In this document: in pieces, positions 38,522-50,304 of the stretch
Position numbering within the stretch: position 1 is the first letter of the stretch
Layout: every line of letters begins with the position of its first letter
Assembly (NCBI GenBank): GCA_043228905.1
Contig: JBHGNT010000020.1
Location: 11,842,001 to 11,906,000, forward strand
Source of the DNA: Azolla caroliniana
Taxonomy: Eukaryota; Plantae; Polypodiophyta
DNA length: 64,000 bases
Direction of reading: 5' to 3'
Program-made: the position numbers and the translations under genes
The notes under the pieces: generated by a model
What the model saw: the letters and a program-made list of their open reading frames with translations, nothing else
Database searches by the model: none
Told to the model about the DNA's origin: nothing

Positions 38522-41500
38522 CTAACCGCACATCCACCGGTATGTGCCAAAAGGGGAACAAAACGCGAGATTTTCGGCCAAGGCGGCCAACCGAGCCCTT
38601 GACAACCTCGTGGGCTTGCCCGGCTTCGTCTTCCACTTCGAGCAAGTCCACCCCGTCCACACGAACCACCGTCGCCTTCCGGCCCACCATCTCCGCCGAA
38701 TGGTCTCGAACCGTCGGCTCCATCCGATCCGCCACACTCGACGATGCTCGCCGAGTCGTTGCCTCCACCTGATCCGCCACGTCCACCGTGTTTCCTCGAA
38801 CCACCGACTACACTCGGACCGCCATATCCGATGCCCGCGCTTTCCTCCCCGTTCGGTCCTCCCGAACGCCGTTGCCGACCCTTTGTCCGCCTCGCATATC
38901 CTCCGGATCCGCCTTTTTCGTGCCGCGCACCTCGTCGTGCCGACTCTTCTCGCTCCACGCTTGCCTTCCGTAGGCTTTCCCCGTACGTCGGTGTTGTCCT
39001 CCGAATGCGTGCTCGTGCTTCGGTCCTTCGATGACCCCATCACGCATTTTTCGCCTTCCCTTTGCTTGCCGCGCTCTCTCGCCGTAGAGCATACCATCGT
39101 TCCCGTGCTCGTTGCTTGGCCCTCATGCGGCCGCATTGCACGTTTCGCATTCCGCTCCTCTTCGCGTACCCTTTCGGAAAGGTACCTTTCTTCCCCGACC
39201 TCCGTTTCGCTCGGAGGAACACCCTCTTGGCCCTCTTGGCCCGCTCGACCGCACACATCCTTCGTGATGTCGTGTTCGTTCTTTTGGGCGCATACATCTT
39301 CGTTCTCCGCGACCTCCCGTATGCCTCTCTCGGTGCCTTCATCCGTTGTGGCCTTCGTCCCCTCGCCGCCACCGTCCGCCACTCTTGGTCTCACGTCGGC
39401 ACTCGCGCCGACCGCCGGAGTCTCTATAGCCGGTGTGGAGGATCCCTCTTGGGCCTTATCTTCGTGGCCGCCGGTCTTAGCCTCTCCGTAGGCCACCTCT
39501 TCCCACCAATCTTCCCTAGCATCGTGCCAGGTCTCGTCGTCGCCGCCTTCTTCCTCGTATTCGCCTCTCGAAGGCGTGATCCGACCGTCATCTTCGGTCG
39601 CTCGATGTGGCTCCTTCGTAGGCATGCTTGTGTCTTGGCCCTCCATCGGCCGTATTGCATGCATCTCGTCTCGCTCTTCTGCCGTAGACCCGACCTCCGT
39701 GTCGGTCTTCTCCTCCTTTGTCGCCGTAGCCCGTTCCGACACGGGCTCGCCGTCTTGGACCCACCCGTCCACCATCTCGTACCGGATATCCGTTCCGGTA
39801 ACCTCGTACGCTCCGGCCCCCGACTCCTCGCCGCCACCCGCCGTCTCTCCGGTCTTATGTTGATCCGCAACCGCCGTAGTCTCTAGAGTGGGTATGGAGG
39901 GTCTCGTTTGTTTCCGTTTTCCCCCCGAACCATGGTCGTCGTGCCCGGTTAGCCTCCATCTCGCGCTTACCGGCTCCCATCGTAACCGTAACCGTAACCG
40001 TAACCGGCCAATCGGTCTTGCCGGCTTCCTTCGGTTTGGGCCCGGTTCGCCGGCCCTTACTCTCTTCTTCTTCCGTGCCGTATTCCGGTCGGGTCGGTTC
40101 CCGACTCTCTCCTCGTTTCCGCTCCGGTCCTCTCCGTCGGACCCACCGTATACGCCCATTCCGGGCCCCGCATACTCGTCTTCGTATGCGCTCTCTCCGG
40201 GCCTCACCTCCTCACGGTCACCGCCCATCTCTCCGGTCTCACGTTGGCATTCGAGCACAACCGCCGAAGTCTCCGGCCCCGGTGTCAAGGGGTCTTGCCT
40301 CCGTCCGCTCCAATCTTCCTTCTCGTTTCCGTTCCGGTCCTCTCCGTCGGACCCACCGTATACGCCCATTCCGGGCCCCGCATACTCGTCTTCGTATGCG
40401 CTCTCTCCGGGCCTCACCTCCTCACGGTCACCGCCCATCTCTCCGGTCTCACGTTGGCATTCGAGCACAACCGCCGAAGTCTCCGGCCCCGGTGTCAAGG
40501 GGTCTTGCCTCCGTCCGCTCCAATCTTCCTTCTCGTTTCCGTTGCCCGCCTTGCCGCCGTCACCTCCCGTCGCACTAAGCCTCATGCCGGCACTCGGGCC
40601 GGCCATTGGAGCCTCTAGGATTGGTGTGGGTAAGGACCCGGCACCACCGCTTGTTGTCTCCGTAGCCGCTTTCGTTTGGACGTCGTTGTCCGCGGCTCCC
40701 CCATCTCCGATTCCGTAAGCCTCTAGTATGCTTGCCACCACCTCTTCTTCGCCGTTCTCCGCGTCATTTTGTTTGCCCGCCTTGCCGCCGCCACCGCCCG
40801 TCGTTCTAGGTCTCGTGCCGGCACTCGGGCCGACCGCCGAAGCCTCTAGGGCCGGTGTGTGGAAGGTCGCGGCACCACCGCTCGCCTCCTCTCCGCTCGA
40901 TGTTTTGGGCCGCCGTGCCCCGAATCTTCCGCCCACTTTCGAAGTGGCGCTCTCCGCTTTGTAGTCACCGGCCTCATCCTTGGCCGTCCATTCGCCGCAA
41001 GACGAGAGGGTTGCTCGCTCCGCACCCTCTCCCATGTCGTCGTCGTTTCGGTTGCCCGCCTTGCCGCCGCCACCGTCCGTCACTCTAGGCCTCTCGCCGG
41101 CTCTCGGGCCGGGTGCCGGAGTCTCTAGGACCGGTGTGTGGAAGGTCGCGACACCACCACTCCTCTCGTCCGTAGCCACCTCCATTCGGACATCGTCGTC
41201 CGTGGCTACCCCGTCTTCGGTTTCGCAAGCATCGAGTATGCTTGCCGCCGCCTCTTCTTCGCCGGTCTCGTCCTCATCTCGGTTGTCCGCCTTGCCGCCG
41301 CCACCGTCCGTAGCTCTAGGTCTCGTGCCGGCACTCGGGCCGACCGCCGAAGCCTCTAGGGCCGGTGTGTGGAAGGTCGCGACACCATCGCTCGTTTCGT
41401 CTTCCTCCTCCATTTCGCAAGCCTCGAGTATGCTCGCGAAATCCTCGTAGAACGTTTCGGGCAACCGCGTCCCGAAACTTCCGCCCACTCTCGAAGTGGC

Positions 41501-42991
41501 GTCCATCGCTCCGTAGATATCGGCCTCGTCCATGGCCGTTCTTTTTCCCCGAGATGAGACGGTCGCTTGCTCCGCACCTTCTCTCGTGTCGACGCCGTGG
41601 TCGCCCGCCTTGCCACCGCCACCGCCTTTCACCATAGGTCTTACGCGGGCACTCGGGCCGGCCGCCGTGATCTCTAGGAATGACGTGTGTAAGGTCGCGG
41701 GACCGCCGCTCGTCGATGTAATGTCCGTAGCCACCTCCGCTCGGACGTCGTTGTCCGTGGCTGCCCCGCCTCCGTATATGCAAGCATCGGTTATGCTTGC
41801 CGCCGCCTCTTCCGCGGTCTCCTTACCGTTGTCTCGGTTGCCCGCCTTGCCGCCGCCACTGTTCTTTTCCCTCGGTCTCACGCGGGCGCTCGGGCCGGCC
41901 GCCGGGGTCTCTTGAACCGGTGCGTGGAAGGTTGCGGTACCGCCGCTTGTCTCCTCCGTACTCGATGATTCGGGCCACCATGTCCCGAATCCGCCATGTC
42001 CGCTCGAATCGGCGATCACCGCCTCACCGTCCCCGACCTCGTCCTCGGTCGTTCTTTTCCCCCATGTCGAGAGGGCGGTTCGCTCCGCACCCTCTCCCGT
42101 GGTACCGATGTACCATTCTCTTTCGGCCTCCGCATAGGCCCCGTCCTCCATGTGTGAGGAAGCTCCTTCCTCCGCGTCCTCCGATCCGCTCGGGCCCGAC
42201 CCCGCAATAAGCCATTCTTCGGCTTCGATTTTCGCCATTACGAGCCCGCACGCCTCCCGTATTAGCGCTTGTAGGTCGGGCCCATCCAAACCGGTTCGCG
42301 ATGAGCTCTCGTCTGGTGGCATGGCGTAGTCGGTCGTCGCTCTCTCTTCTCCCCCGCTCGCAGGCCGTGTTGTGGCCGACCGCCTCGCCTCATGTTGCCG
42401 ACACACCCATTCCACTTCGGGCCACTCCTCGGTGAGACCATGCGCCCCATAATCGTCTTGAAGCTCGAACATGATGTCCATCCTCTCCTCATGATGAACC
42501 GTCTTCAAAAATAGGAGGACTTTGTCCGCCCCCACCGATCTTCGTTCCCACTCCGAGAGTTGAGAGAAATGACGCTCGAACTCTCGGAATGCCTCCATTG
42601 CGCTCCGATGGCGCCTCGCCGATGCCACCCACCGATCGAACTCTCGCCGACCTCTTACCTCCGATTCCGCGCACCCGTATGCCTCCATTAGAGCCCCTTC
42701 AAAGGACTCCCACGATTCGTGAGCTTCTTGGAGCTCCTTGACCTCCTCGTACTTTGATGCGGCTGCCGCTCGACGAAAGAACTCTAGCCTCGTCGCTTCG
42801 TCCACGCCCATCCCCGTCATTTCCGCATCGTAGGCTCTCAAAATTTTTGGGACCTCCTTCCCATCGAACCGGCCAACTAGACGGACCACCCTTTCGACCG
42901 CTTGTTGAGCCGCCTCTCGCCTCGCCCTCTTCCGTCCGGCGTCCATCAAGATCTTTGTCATCATCTCCTCGAAGTCGAAGCCTTCTTCCAT
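38522..42991 (-). CDS. 1489-aa Gag-like N-terminus fused to a long acidic, repeat-rich low-complexity region
   Basis: Uninterrupted ORF. The first ~200 aa align by eye with the Gag at 48151 (GRFDGKEVPKILRAYDAEM vs GRFSGKDATSYLASYRAEM; KVLLFLKTV..GLTEEWPEV vs VLLFVKSV..GLTTDWAAV). No protease, RT or integrase motifs seen. Confidence 0.8.
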   Translation of the reverse strand: MEEGFDFEEMMTKILMDAGRKRARREAAQQAVERVVRLVGRFDGKEVPKILRAYDAEMTGMGVDEATRLEFFRRAAAASKYEEVKELQEAHESWESFEGALMEAYGCAESEVRGRREFDRWVASARRHRSAMEAFREFERHFSQLSEWERRSVGADKVLLFLKTVHHEERMDIMFELQDDYGAHGLTEEWPEVEWVCRQHEARRSATTRPASGGEERATTDYAMPPDESSSRTGLDGPDLQALIREACGLVMAKIEAEEWLIAGSGPSGSEDAEEGASSHMEDGAYAEAEREWYIGTTGEGAERTALSTWGKRTTEDEVGDGEAVIADSSGHGGFGTWWPESSSTEETSGGTATFHAPVQETPAAGPSARVRPREKNSGGGKAGNRDNGKETAEEAAASITDACIYGGGAATDNDVRAEVATDITSTSGGPATLHTSFLEITAAGPSARVRPMVKGGGGGKAGDHGVDTREGAEQATVSSRGKRTAMDEADIYGAMDATSRVGGSFGTRLPETFYEDFASILEACEMEEEDETSDGVATFHTPALEASAVGPSAGTRPRATDGGGGKADNRDEDETGEEEAAASILDACETEDGVATDDDVRMEVATDERSGGVATFHTPVLETPAPGPRAGERPRVTDGGGGKAGNRNDDDMGEGAERATLSSCGEWTAKDEAGDYKAESATSKVGGRFGARRPKTSSGEEASGGAATFHTPALEASAVGPSAGTRPRTTGGGGGKAGKQNDAENGEEEVVASILEAYGIGDGGAADNDVQTKAATETTSGGAGSLPTPILEAPMAGPSAGMRLSATGGDGGKAGNGNEKEDWSGRRQDPLTPGPETSAVVLECQRETGEMGGDREEVRPGESAYEDEYAGPGMGVYGGSDGEDRNGNEKEDWSGRRQDPLTPGPETSAVVLECQRETGEMGGDREEVRPGESAYEDEYAGPGMGVYGGSDGEDRSGNEERVGNRPDRNTARKKKRVRAGEPGPNRRKPARPIGRLRLRLRLRWEPVSARWRLTGHDDHGSGGKRKQTRPSIPTLETTAVADQHKTGETAGGGEESGAGAYEVTGTDIRYEMVDGWVQDGEPVSERATATKEEKTDTEVGSTAEERDEMHAIRPMEGQDTSMPTKEPHRATEDDGRITPSRGEYEEEGGDDETWHDAREDWWEEVAYGEAKTGGHEDKAQEGSSTPAIETPAVGASADVRPRVADGGGEGTKATTDEGTERGIREVAENEDVCAQKNEHDITKDVCGRAGQEGQEGVPPSETEVGEERYLSERVREEERNAKRAMRPHEGQATSTGTMVCSTARERGKQREGEKCVMGSSKDRSTSTHSEDNTDVRGKPTEGKRGARRVGTTRCAARKRRIRRICEADKGSATAFGRTERGGKRGHRIWRSECSRWFEETRWTWRIRWRQRLGEHRRVWRIGWSRRFETIRRRWWAGRRRWFVWTGWTCSKWKTKPGKPTRLSRARLAALAENLAFCSPFGTYRWMCG
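40110..41950 (-). repeat. Coding repeats in the 1489-aa ORF: a near-perfect 210-bp tandem duplication plus ~6 degenerate units
   Basis: A 70-aa unit NGNEKEDWSGRRQDPLTPGPE...SDGEDR occurs twice (40110-40540). The motif GG.ATFHTP.LE..A.GPSA..RPR.T.GGGGKAG recurs through 40540-41950. Confidence 0.9.
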
Positions 42992-44141
42992 CTCTTTCTC
43001 CCTTGCCGCCCTTCACGTCGGGTTCACCAAAGATGTCGAGATATTTCGCAAGTGCGTGGAGAAGGGCGGAACCACGGGGGTCTTGGACTAAGGAGAAGGG
43101 GAGAAGGAATAGGACTTCGGAATGGAGCTTAGCACAAGAAGAGAAAGAATGAACAAGAGGAAGATGGAGGCCAAATGCTCAACAAGATATATTAGAACCG
43201 AAAACCGATTACAAAAATGGCGGCCGCGTAGGCCGCACCAAACGACTATGATAAACCCGAAACCCTAATCCGACGAAGAAGAAAAGAAACCCTAACCCTA
43301 AAACAAAATGGTATACCTCACTCACACTCCAAAATAAGGCAACCCCCACAATGGTGCTCTTCCTCTCCTTTTATAGCACAAGGAGAGAAGACCGTTTACA
43401 AAAAGGGTGCTACAAAATATCCCCTTTCAATCAATGGGGATATTTTCCTTGATTTTAGGGGAGGTGGGAAGGATGGGTCTTAACTCCCACCTCTACACGA
43501 ACTACTATGTACCTATCTCTCTCTCTCACGTGGATGTGCGCGCAAAAGCACATCACCTTTACACTTTACAAATCCTAAGGTGCATTTCTAGCACCATACT
43601 TATCACTATCGATAAATAGAAATACAACATGTTGATGTGCAACGTTGCACATCGCGGTTTTGCTTGCTTCGCTCGGTTTTCCGCCTATGGACGAAAATCT
43701 TCACGACAACGTACTCTCTGTTCTTCTTGCACCAACAAGAAAATGACAAAAAAAAAACACACACCTATTAGTTTGCCCTAAGTCATATTTATACTAATAT
43801 GACTTTTCGGCTATTTACAAATATAGCCTCGATGGACTATCAGAAAACATATTTATGAATATGTCTCTTCATCCGGTTCTCCGTAGCCGGGTACTCCTCC
43901 TCCAGTTTTCACCGGGTTTGCATCATCCGGCTCTCCGTAGCCGGGTACTCCTCATCCGGTTCATACCGGGTCTATACCATCCGGCTCTCCGTAGCCGGGT
44001 ACTCCTCATCCAGTCTTCACCGGGTCTGCATCATCCGGCTCTCCGTGGCCGGGTCCACCTCATACGGTTTCGGCCTCGACCGAGTTTGTTCATCAGCACT
44101 GTTCTTCTCCCTTCCCATTCGGAGGGACCTGTCTCCCAACA

Positions 44142-44714
44142 ATATGAACATACCGAAGTTCGACTTCGCCACTTAGGATATGCTCACGCACGAAGTGGTA
44201 GTGCACTTCGATGTGCTTTGTGTGAACATGGAATACGAGGTTCTTGGCGAGTTGCATGCTGTTGATGTTGTCGCAGTAGATTAGGATCGGGGTCGACACC
44301 TCGATCCGTAGGTCTTGCAGTAGTTGCCGAAGCCAAATGGCTTCACAGGTGGCAATGGTAGTGCCCCAGTATTCAACCTCAATGCTCGAAAGGGCCACTA
44401 TTGGTTGCTTTTTGCTGCTCCACACAACAGCCGCGCTACCAAGGGAAAACATATAGCTAGAAGTGGATCAACGATCCGATGCATCGCCGGCCCAGTCGGC
44501 ATCGGTGTAGCCGACTAGCTCTTCGGTTATACCATGCCGGTATAACAGTCCTCGGTCCTTCGTGGTGCTCACATATTGCAAAATTTGATGCGTGCACAGA
44601 AGGTGCTCCACGATCAGCTTCTACATATATTGGCTGATCACACCGACCGGATAACTAATGTCGGGTCGTGTGATTGTCAAATATATAAGGCTTCTGACGA
44701 TTTGTCGGAACTGC
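44142..44714 (-). pseudogene. Copia A RT C-terminus / RNase H fragment
   Basis: FRQIVRSLIYLTITRPDISYPVGVISQY, GYTDADWAG, WSSKKQPIVALSSIEVEY, IYCDN, TKHIEVHYHFVRE. Confidence 0.9.
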
Positions 44715-45914
44715 TGTCGTGATGTGGCATGCTCGAGAGTGGGAAAAACCGGCGAAAGGCGGGGCCCGGGGGTCAAAATGTGCATGTGCAATGTGTGTGC
44801 ACACAAAGGCGATTAATTGCGCACATGAAAAAGAAAAGGGAAAAGAAAGGGTGGAAAGGATGCATAGAAACCCGTGTAAAAAGTAAGAGAGAGGAGAGAA
44901 AAAAAGTAGAGGGGAGACAGGCTAAGAATTTATAGAGATAAAATCATATATTATATAAGAGAGGGTTAATGGGCTAGTGGATAGTCATATTGACTTCTAG
45001 CTAGATGTGCACGATTCAAATCTAGTCTTACAATGCAGCGTGATTTAAGGAATTTGTTGAGAGACAAGCTCAACATCGGCCGGATCGGCTGAGCAAGCTG
45101 AGGACCGGATCAGTTGGGACCGATCGGTTAGGCCGGACCGGTGTGTAAAACGGATGCGTAAATCGGTACGCAAACCGGTGCGTAGGAAGGCCGTATCGGT
45201 GCGTAAACCAAGAGGCCGTTAGAAAGATATTCCTCTTAAGGAATAGTTTTGGGAGTAAGAGTCGAGGCTCATTTATGAGCAGTAAAGTACTGTCAGTACT
45301 TGTGTCAGCCCGATTGTCAGGGCTTGTATAAAAGTGCTCACTGAGCACATCCTATGTACAGATTGAGTATTATCTTTTTGAATTAAGTTCTTGTGTTTAC
45401 TCTCTCTCTCTCTTTGTCTCTCTCGTGCGTACTGTGCAAACCTAAGCTTTCCATTAAACCTGCGTTTTTTGTTGTTCGGTTTTCTATATTGCTTCCGCAC
45501 GCAATTCTTTTCATGGTATCAGAGCGCGAGGGTTAAGAACCTCTGTAGCCGACTTTACTTGAAGGAAAAACCAACGAAGAAGAACAAGAAAACCGATGGA
45601 CAGAGGAATGACTAGCTCGCTTCCGACGGAGAAGCTTGACAGAAACAACTACGCGTCTTGGTCTTACAAGATGCACCAGTACCTGCTCGGACACGGTTAC
45701 TGGAGCTATGTCGATGGAGCAAATGACACAGCACCCGATTCGACACACAAAGACTTCCCGACGTGGGAACAATCGATGAGCAGAGTGCTGTATTGTTTCG
45801 CGTCTTGTGTGGGCGAACAACTGTTAAGCTACGTTCGGGATGCAAAAACGCCGAAGGGTGCGTGGGAAAATCTGAAGAAGATTTTCGCCGCGAGCACCAC
45901 AACCAGGAAGCTTT

Positions 45915-46766
45915 TGTTGGGAGACAGGTCCCTCCGGATGGGAAGGGAGAAGAACAGTGCTGATGAACAAACTCGGCTGAGGCCGAAACCGTATGAGGAG
46001 GACCCGGCTACGGAGAGCCGGATGGTGCAGACCCGGTATGAACCGGATGAGGAGTACCCGGCTACGGAGAGCCGGATGGTATAGACCCGGTATGAACCAT
46101 ATGAGGAGGACTCGGCTACGGAGAGCCGGATGGTGCAGACCCGGTATGAACTCTCATCCGGCTACGGAGAGTCGGATGGTGCAGAACCAGTATGAACCGG
46201 ATGAGGAGTACCCGGCTACGGAGAGCCGGATGGTGCAGACCCGGTATGAACCGGATGAGGAGTACCCGGTTACGGAGAGCCGGATGGTACAGACCCGGTG
46301 AGAACTGGATGAAGAGACATATTCGTAAATATGTTTCTGAGAGTCCATCGAGGCTATATTTGTAAATAGCCGAAAAGTCATATTAGTATAAATATGACTT
46401 AGGGCAAACTTTTAGTTGTTGTTGTCATTCTTCTTGTTGGTGCAAGAAAAGAGAGAGAGTGCGTAATTGTATAGAGAGTGAGAGAGAGAAAGAGGTAGTT
46501 GCCTCTGTTGTAACCGCCGCCTATGGCGAAGGTCTGTGAGCACGAGGTCGTTGCCTCAGTGAACTCACTGCTGTACATACTAACCTAGTGATAGTTTGCA
46601 GCCTATGGGCTGCCGTGGTTTTTCCCCTAGCTTGGGGTTTTCCACGTAAACCTCCTGTGTATCTTCCTCTTCTTTGTGTCGTGTTTCATTTCCCGTTTTC
46701 TGTGTATGATCCAACGCTCGGTTGTGGCCGAGCGTTGCGTATAGCGGAGCGTTTTAGTTCCCGTCA
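45915..46766 (+). mobile_element. Solo LTR inserted in Copia B gag
   Basis: TGTTGGG...CCGTCA ends; TSD GCTTT/GCTTC. Removing it restores gag TRKLQLRQEL. About six 54-bp tandem units at 46000-46300. Confidence 0.92.
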
Positions 46767-48150
46767 GCTTCAGCTTCGACAGGAGTTGAGCAACCTACGA
46801 CAACGCGATTTGTCAGTGGCTGACTATACCTCGAGGATTAAGGACATATGCGACTCCTTAGCTTCCATCGATGTGAACATCGAGGAAAGCGAGATGGTCC
46901 AGGTCTGTCTCAGAGGTTTGGCGTCGAAGTTCGGGGCGTTCCGAATTGCTGTGTGCACCTGGGAGAATACGCCGTCCTTTTTTGACTTACAGTCGATGCT
47001 CCTGGTAGAGCAGAACCACGCGAGTGCATCAATGAGCACGCACACCGACAACAAGATGTTGTACACGGAGGGAGATAGGCCCTGTGGTCGTGGCGGACGA
47101 GGCGAGTTGGTACACGATGGAGGCGGCCGACGGGATCAAGGAAGAAGGCACCGAAGTGATGCTGACAGCAATTCCGGATCCTCCGGAAACAGGGGGAGTT
47201 GAGGCGACGAGAACCGGCAAGGGAAATCCGCCGCGAAATGTTGGTACTGTGGCAAGAAAGGCCACAGGGAGAGCGAGTGCTGGAAAAAGCGCGTCAATTC
47301 GGAGAGAACTGTGTCAGGAACAAGTTCCGGATAGACCGACAAAGGAAATCGGCAATGATCGCACTACGTCGAAGGATCCGGAGAAGCCGGAAAAGGGTCA
47401 GTCTTCGTGACGAGACACAAAACAAACTCAATGAAGCAGACCACCCCGAAATCGGACAAGGTGTGGTACATCGACTCCGGCGCGTTGTCGTGAAGAAAAC
47501 CGTCCCTTGGCGCAATCGGTGAATAGCGCACGTGCACTGGCTCTTCACGTTTGCGCGCCCTTAATGCATATAATATGGAATTAAGTACAAAGGCATATCC
47601 GGGTAGTTAGATTCGGTAGGTAGGAAGTAAATGAGGGAGACGGCTCCCTTCTGGAAGCTATAAAGGAGAGGGAGACGCAGGGAGAAGGGATCGCGCATTG
47701 AGGAGGACGAAGTGCTGTTGGACCGGGACCGAATGCTTCTCCTCTGTCTGTTCTCTATTGCTCTTCTCTGCAGGTTTCGGGAGGCTCGCGCTGCTTCGAG
47801 GAACACCCGTGTGCTTCCGGCAGCACCTCCATCCTATCCCCTTTACGTGCGCAGACGAATAGGCATCGGCATCTGTTCGCCGGCCTGTTCGGTCGTAACC
47901 GCTCGCGTGCTCTGTTGTGTACTTGTTATTCGTTAATATACAAAGACTTGTGTCTCCCTGTCTCTGTGTCCGTTCGCGTCTTCTGTGTTGACAGGCCGTG
48001 CCCCCTGTGTTTCTTTGCTCATACATGACCGGGCGCCTCTCTCTTTCTCTTTCCCCTTCTATCACCTGCTCTTCGGTTCAAGACCTCGGTGGTCCCGCCT
48101 CGTTTCTCCACACACGCGCGTAGTAACGCGACATATTTGGTGAACCCGAC

Positions 48151-50304
48151 GTGAAACAGGCGGCAGAGGGGCAGAAGATGAGGGGGTTGGATCTTGCAGA
48201 GGCGATGGCTTCGGCCGTGGACCGGATAGTGAGCGCGCGTGAGGGCACCGGCGCCCTTGACAGGGCTATTGAGGCGATCATCGGTATGATCGGCCGGTTC
48301 AGTGGAAAGGATGCCACGAGTTATTTGGCGTCCTACCGGGCGGAGATGTTGATGAGGGATATTCTGGAAGAGAGGCGTCTTGCCGGATTCCCTCGAGTGG
48401 CGATGCCAAGCATCCATGCGGAGGTGCTCGAGGTCCGGGCGGAGAGCCGGACTTGGGAGGAGTTCGAAGGATGGCTCCTGGAGAAATACGGGTTGGATGA
48501 CGCGCTTCGGCTTTCGAAGCGGAGCTTCATGGAGTGGGTGGAGTCCCCCAACAAAGGAAGAAATGCGTCGGTACTCCTCCGGGAGTTTGAGGAACGCTTT
48601 GCGTGCCTTTCGGTGCTCGATCGGACCGTTTTGGACACAAGTTGTGTCCTACTGTTTGTCAAATCGGTTGACGCACGGGATCGGGGGCAAGTTGGCTCCT
48701 TACTGGAAACCGAAGACGGGCTGACGACCGATTGGGCGGCGGTAAAGAGATTCTGCGGCCGTTTTGACAAACGATGGGAGTGGGCTGATACAGAGGCGAC
48801 CGGGGCGGGACCTGTCGCGGCAAGGAAGCTCGAACCGGTACCACAGGCGCGAAGGGAAGAGAACCGGGAGTGGCTCGAAACCGGTTCGTCTTCGACCGGC
48901 GTGATCAGAGGCTCGTCCGGGGGAACAACTCTGGAGGAGTTGACACGGGCGGTAAAGGATCTCCAGATCGCCCAGGCTCGGAGGGAAGGCGGCGATCAGG
49001 CTCGTGACTGGCGGGCTCCGGCAGGAAGTAGGTGCATGTGGTGCGACGAGGTCGGCCACATCCGAAAAGACTGCGGGGACTTTATGGAGGCTTTGAGAAG
49101 CCGGGTAGTGTACTTGTGGGAAGGTCGGGTGCACGACAACGATACCCGGAGGGCCCTGAACCGAAACGACGGGAGAGGGGGAATGAAAAGGCTGATGGAA
49201 GAGGCGGCAGCCCGGCACGCGGAGACCGTCCACTACTCAGCGTCAGCCGGTATTCGGGTCGGGGGCAGCGGGGCCCGGAAGGAGAGCAAAGCCGAGTTCT
49301 GGCTGACGGTGCTGGAAGGCCTCGCCAGTGCTCGACTGAAGAGAGACGAGGCAGACCGCGCGGAGAAGCGGGTCCAGGAGGTAACCGGGTGGAGTGACCC
49401 GGTCGAAGAAAAGATGGGTTTCGTCGAAGTAGCTTGCCAGAACTACGAGGCTCTGGTTGAAGACAAACGGGTGGGTAAGATCGGAGGGGCCGGGCCCTCA
49501 CAGAGATACGAAACCCGATTCGGGCCGAAACGGAACGAGGCCGGTGAGTCCAGTGCCCGGGATAACCACAAGAAGGGCGGATACCGTTTGGGCACGGAGA
49601 TCGAAAGGACCACGGACCTACGAAAGGTCCTGGAAGAACGAATCCTCGACAACAAGGTGGAACTGTTGTTGCGGGAGGTGCTCGGGATCGCCAAGAAGGA
49701 GTTCCACGACTCCATCGTGGACTTGGTGAAGAGGAAGAGGCTGTCGACGGAGGCAGAACCGGAAAGGCCGGTGGAAGTGCGGACGGCGCACATAGAGGAC
49801 ATGGCGCTGGAAGACGAGTGGGCGGAGAGCCACTATTCGAGGCCACACTGGGCCCGAGCGACCACGGAAACCCCGGTGAAGATCAGGGATGTTCAGGAAC
49901 CGGTGGTGGCGCTGGTGGACCACGGTTCGGAAATAAACCTGATGTCCATGGACTTCTACAAGAAGGGGAAATGGCCGATTAACACTAAGCACGGGTGGAA
50001 GATACGAGCGGTGACGCGCGCCACCGAGGAGCTACACGGGCCCTGCCCAAACGTGCGAGTCAAGATCGGCGATGTCAAGATAGACCAACACTTCTTTGTG
50101 TAGGAAACGTCCTCGCACCCGGTCATACTAGGGGAACCGTACATTACGACAACGCGAATGGAGACCAAGGTGCTGGACAACGGGTTGGCTTACGTGAGGG
50201 TCAAAAGTCAGGACGGGCGTCATTCGGTCCAGTTCCTAACGGTGCGACCGAACCACGAGTGAAACCGTGAGTCCCTCAGTGGCGAGAACCGAGAGGATTT
50301 TTAG
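48151..50304 (+). pseudogene. Gypsy gag-protease ORF (two internal stops)
   Basis: Zinc knuckle CMWCDEVGHIRKDC; protease ALVDHGSEINLM...VILGEPY. The frame ends GAT TTT TAG at 50304; premature stops at 50101 and 50260. Confidence 0.9.

Larger units (their letters stand above)
37836..43708 (-). mobile_element. Young non-autonomous Ty3/Gypsy-type LTR element (no pol)
   Basis: 675-bp LTRs 37836-38510 and 43034-43708, with about 2 differences seen. TSD ACGT/ACGT. PBS TGGTGAACCCGACGTGAA (43012-43029, minus); PPT at 38511-38523. One long ORF. Confidence 0.93.
37530..44141 (-). mobile_element. Solo LTR inserted in Copia A RNase H, itself split by a Gypsy-type element
   Basis: Termini tgacgggaact (37530) and ctcccaaca (44141); perfect TSD ATATG on both sides; reverse complement of 45915-46766; ~54-bp internal repeats at 43870-44070. 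Confidence 0.9.

Noticed and set aside
38431-42210. Many plus-strand ORFs (up to 315 aa) antisense to the 1489-aa ORF
   Set aside because: Shadow ORFs of GC-rich, stop-poor sequence with no recognisable domain.
45993-46301. Repeat peptides (RRTRLRRAGW / EEYPATESRMV) appearing fused to Copia gag
   Set aside because: Read-through into a solo LTR minisatellite; the TSD shows this is an insertion, not a gag domain.
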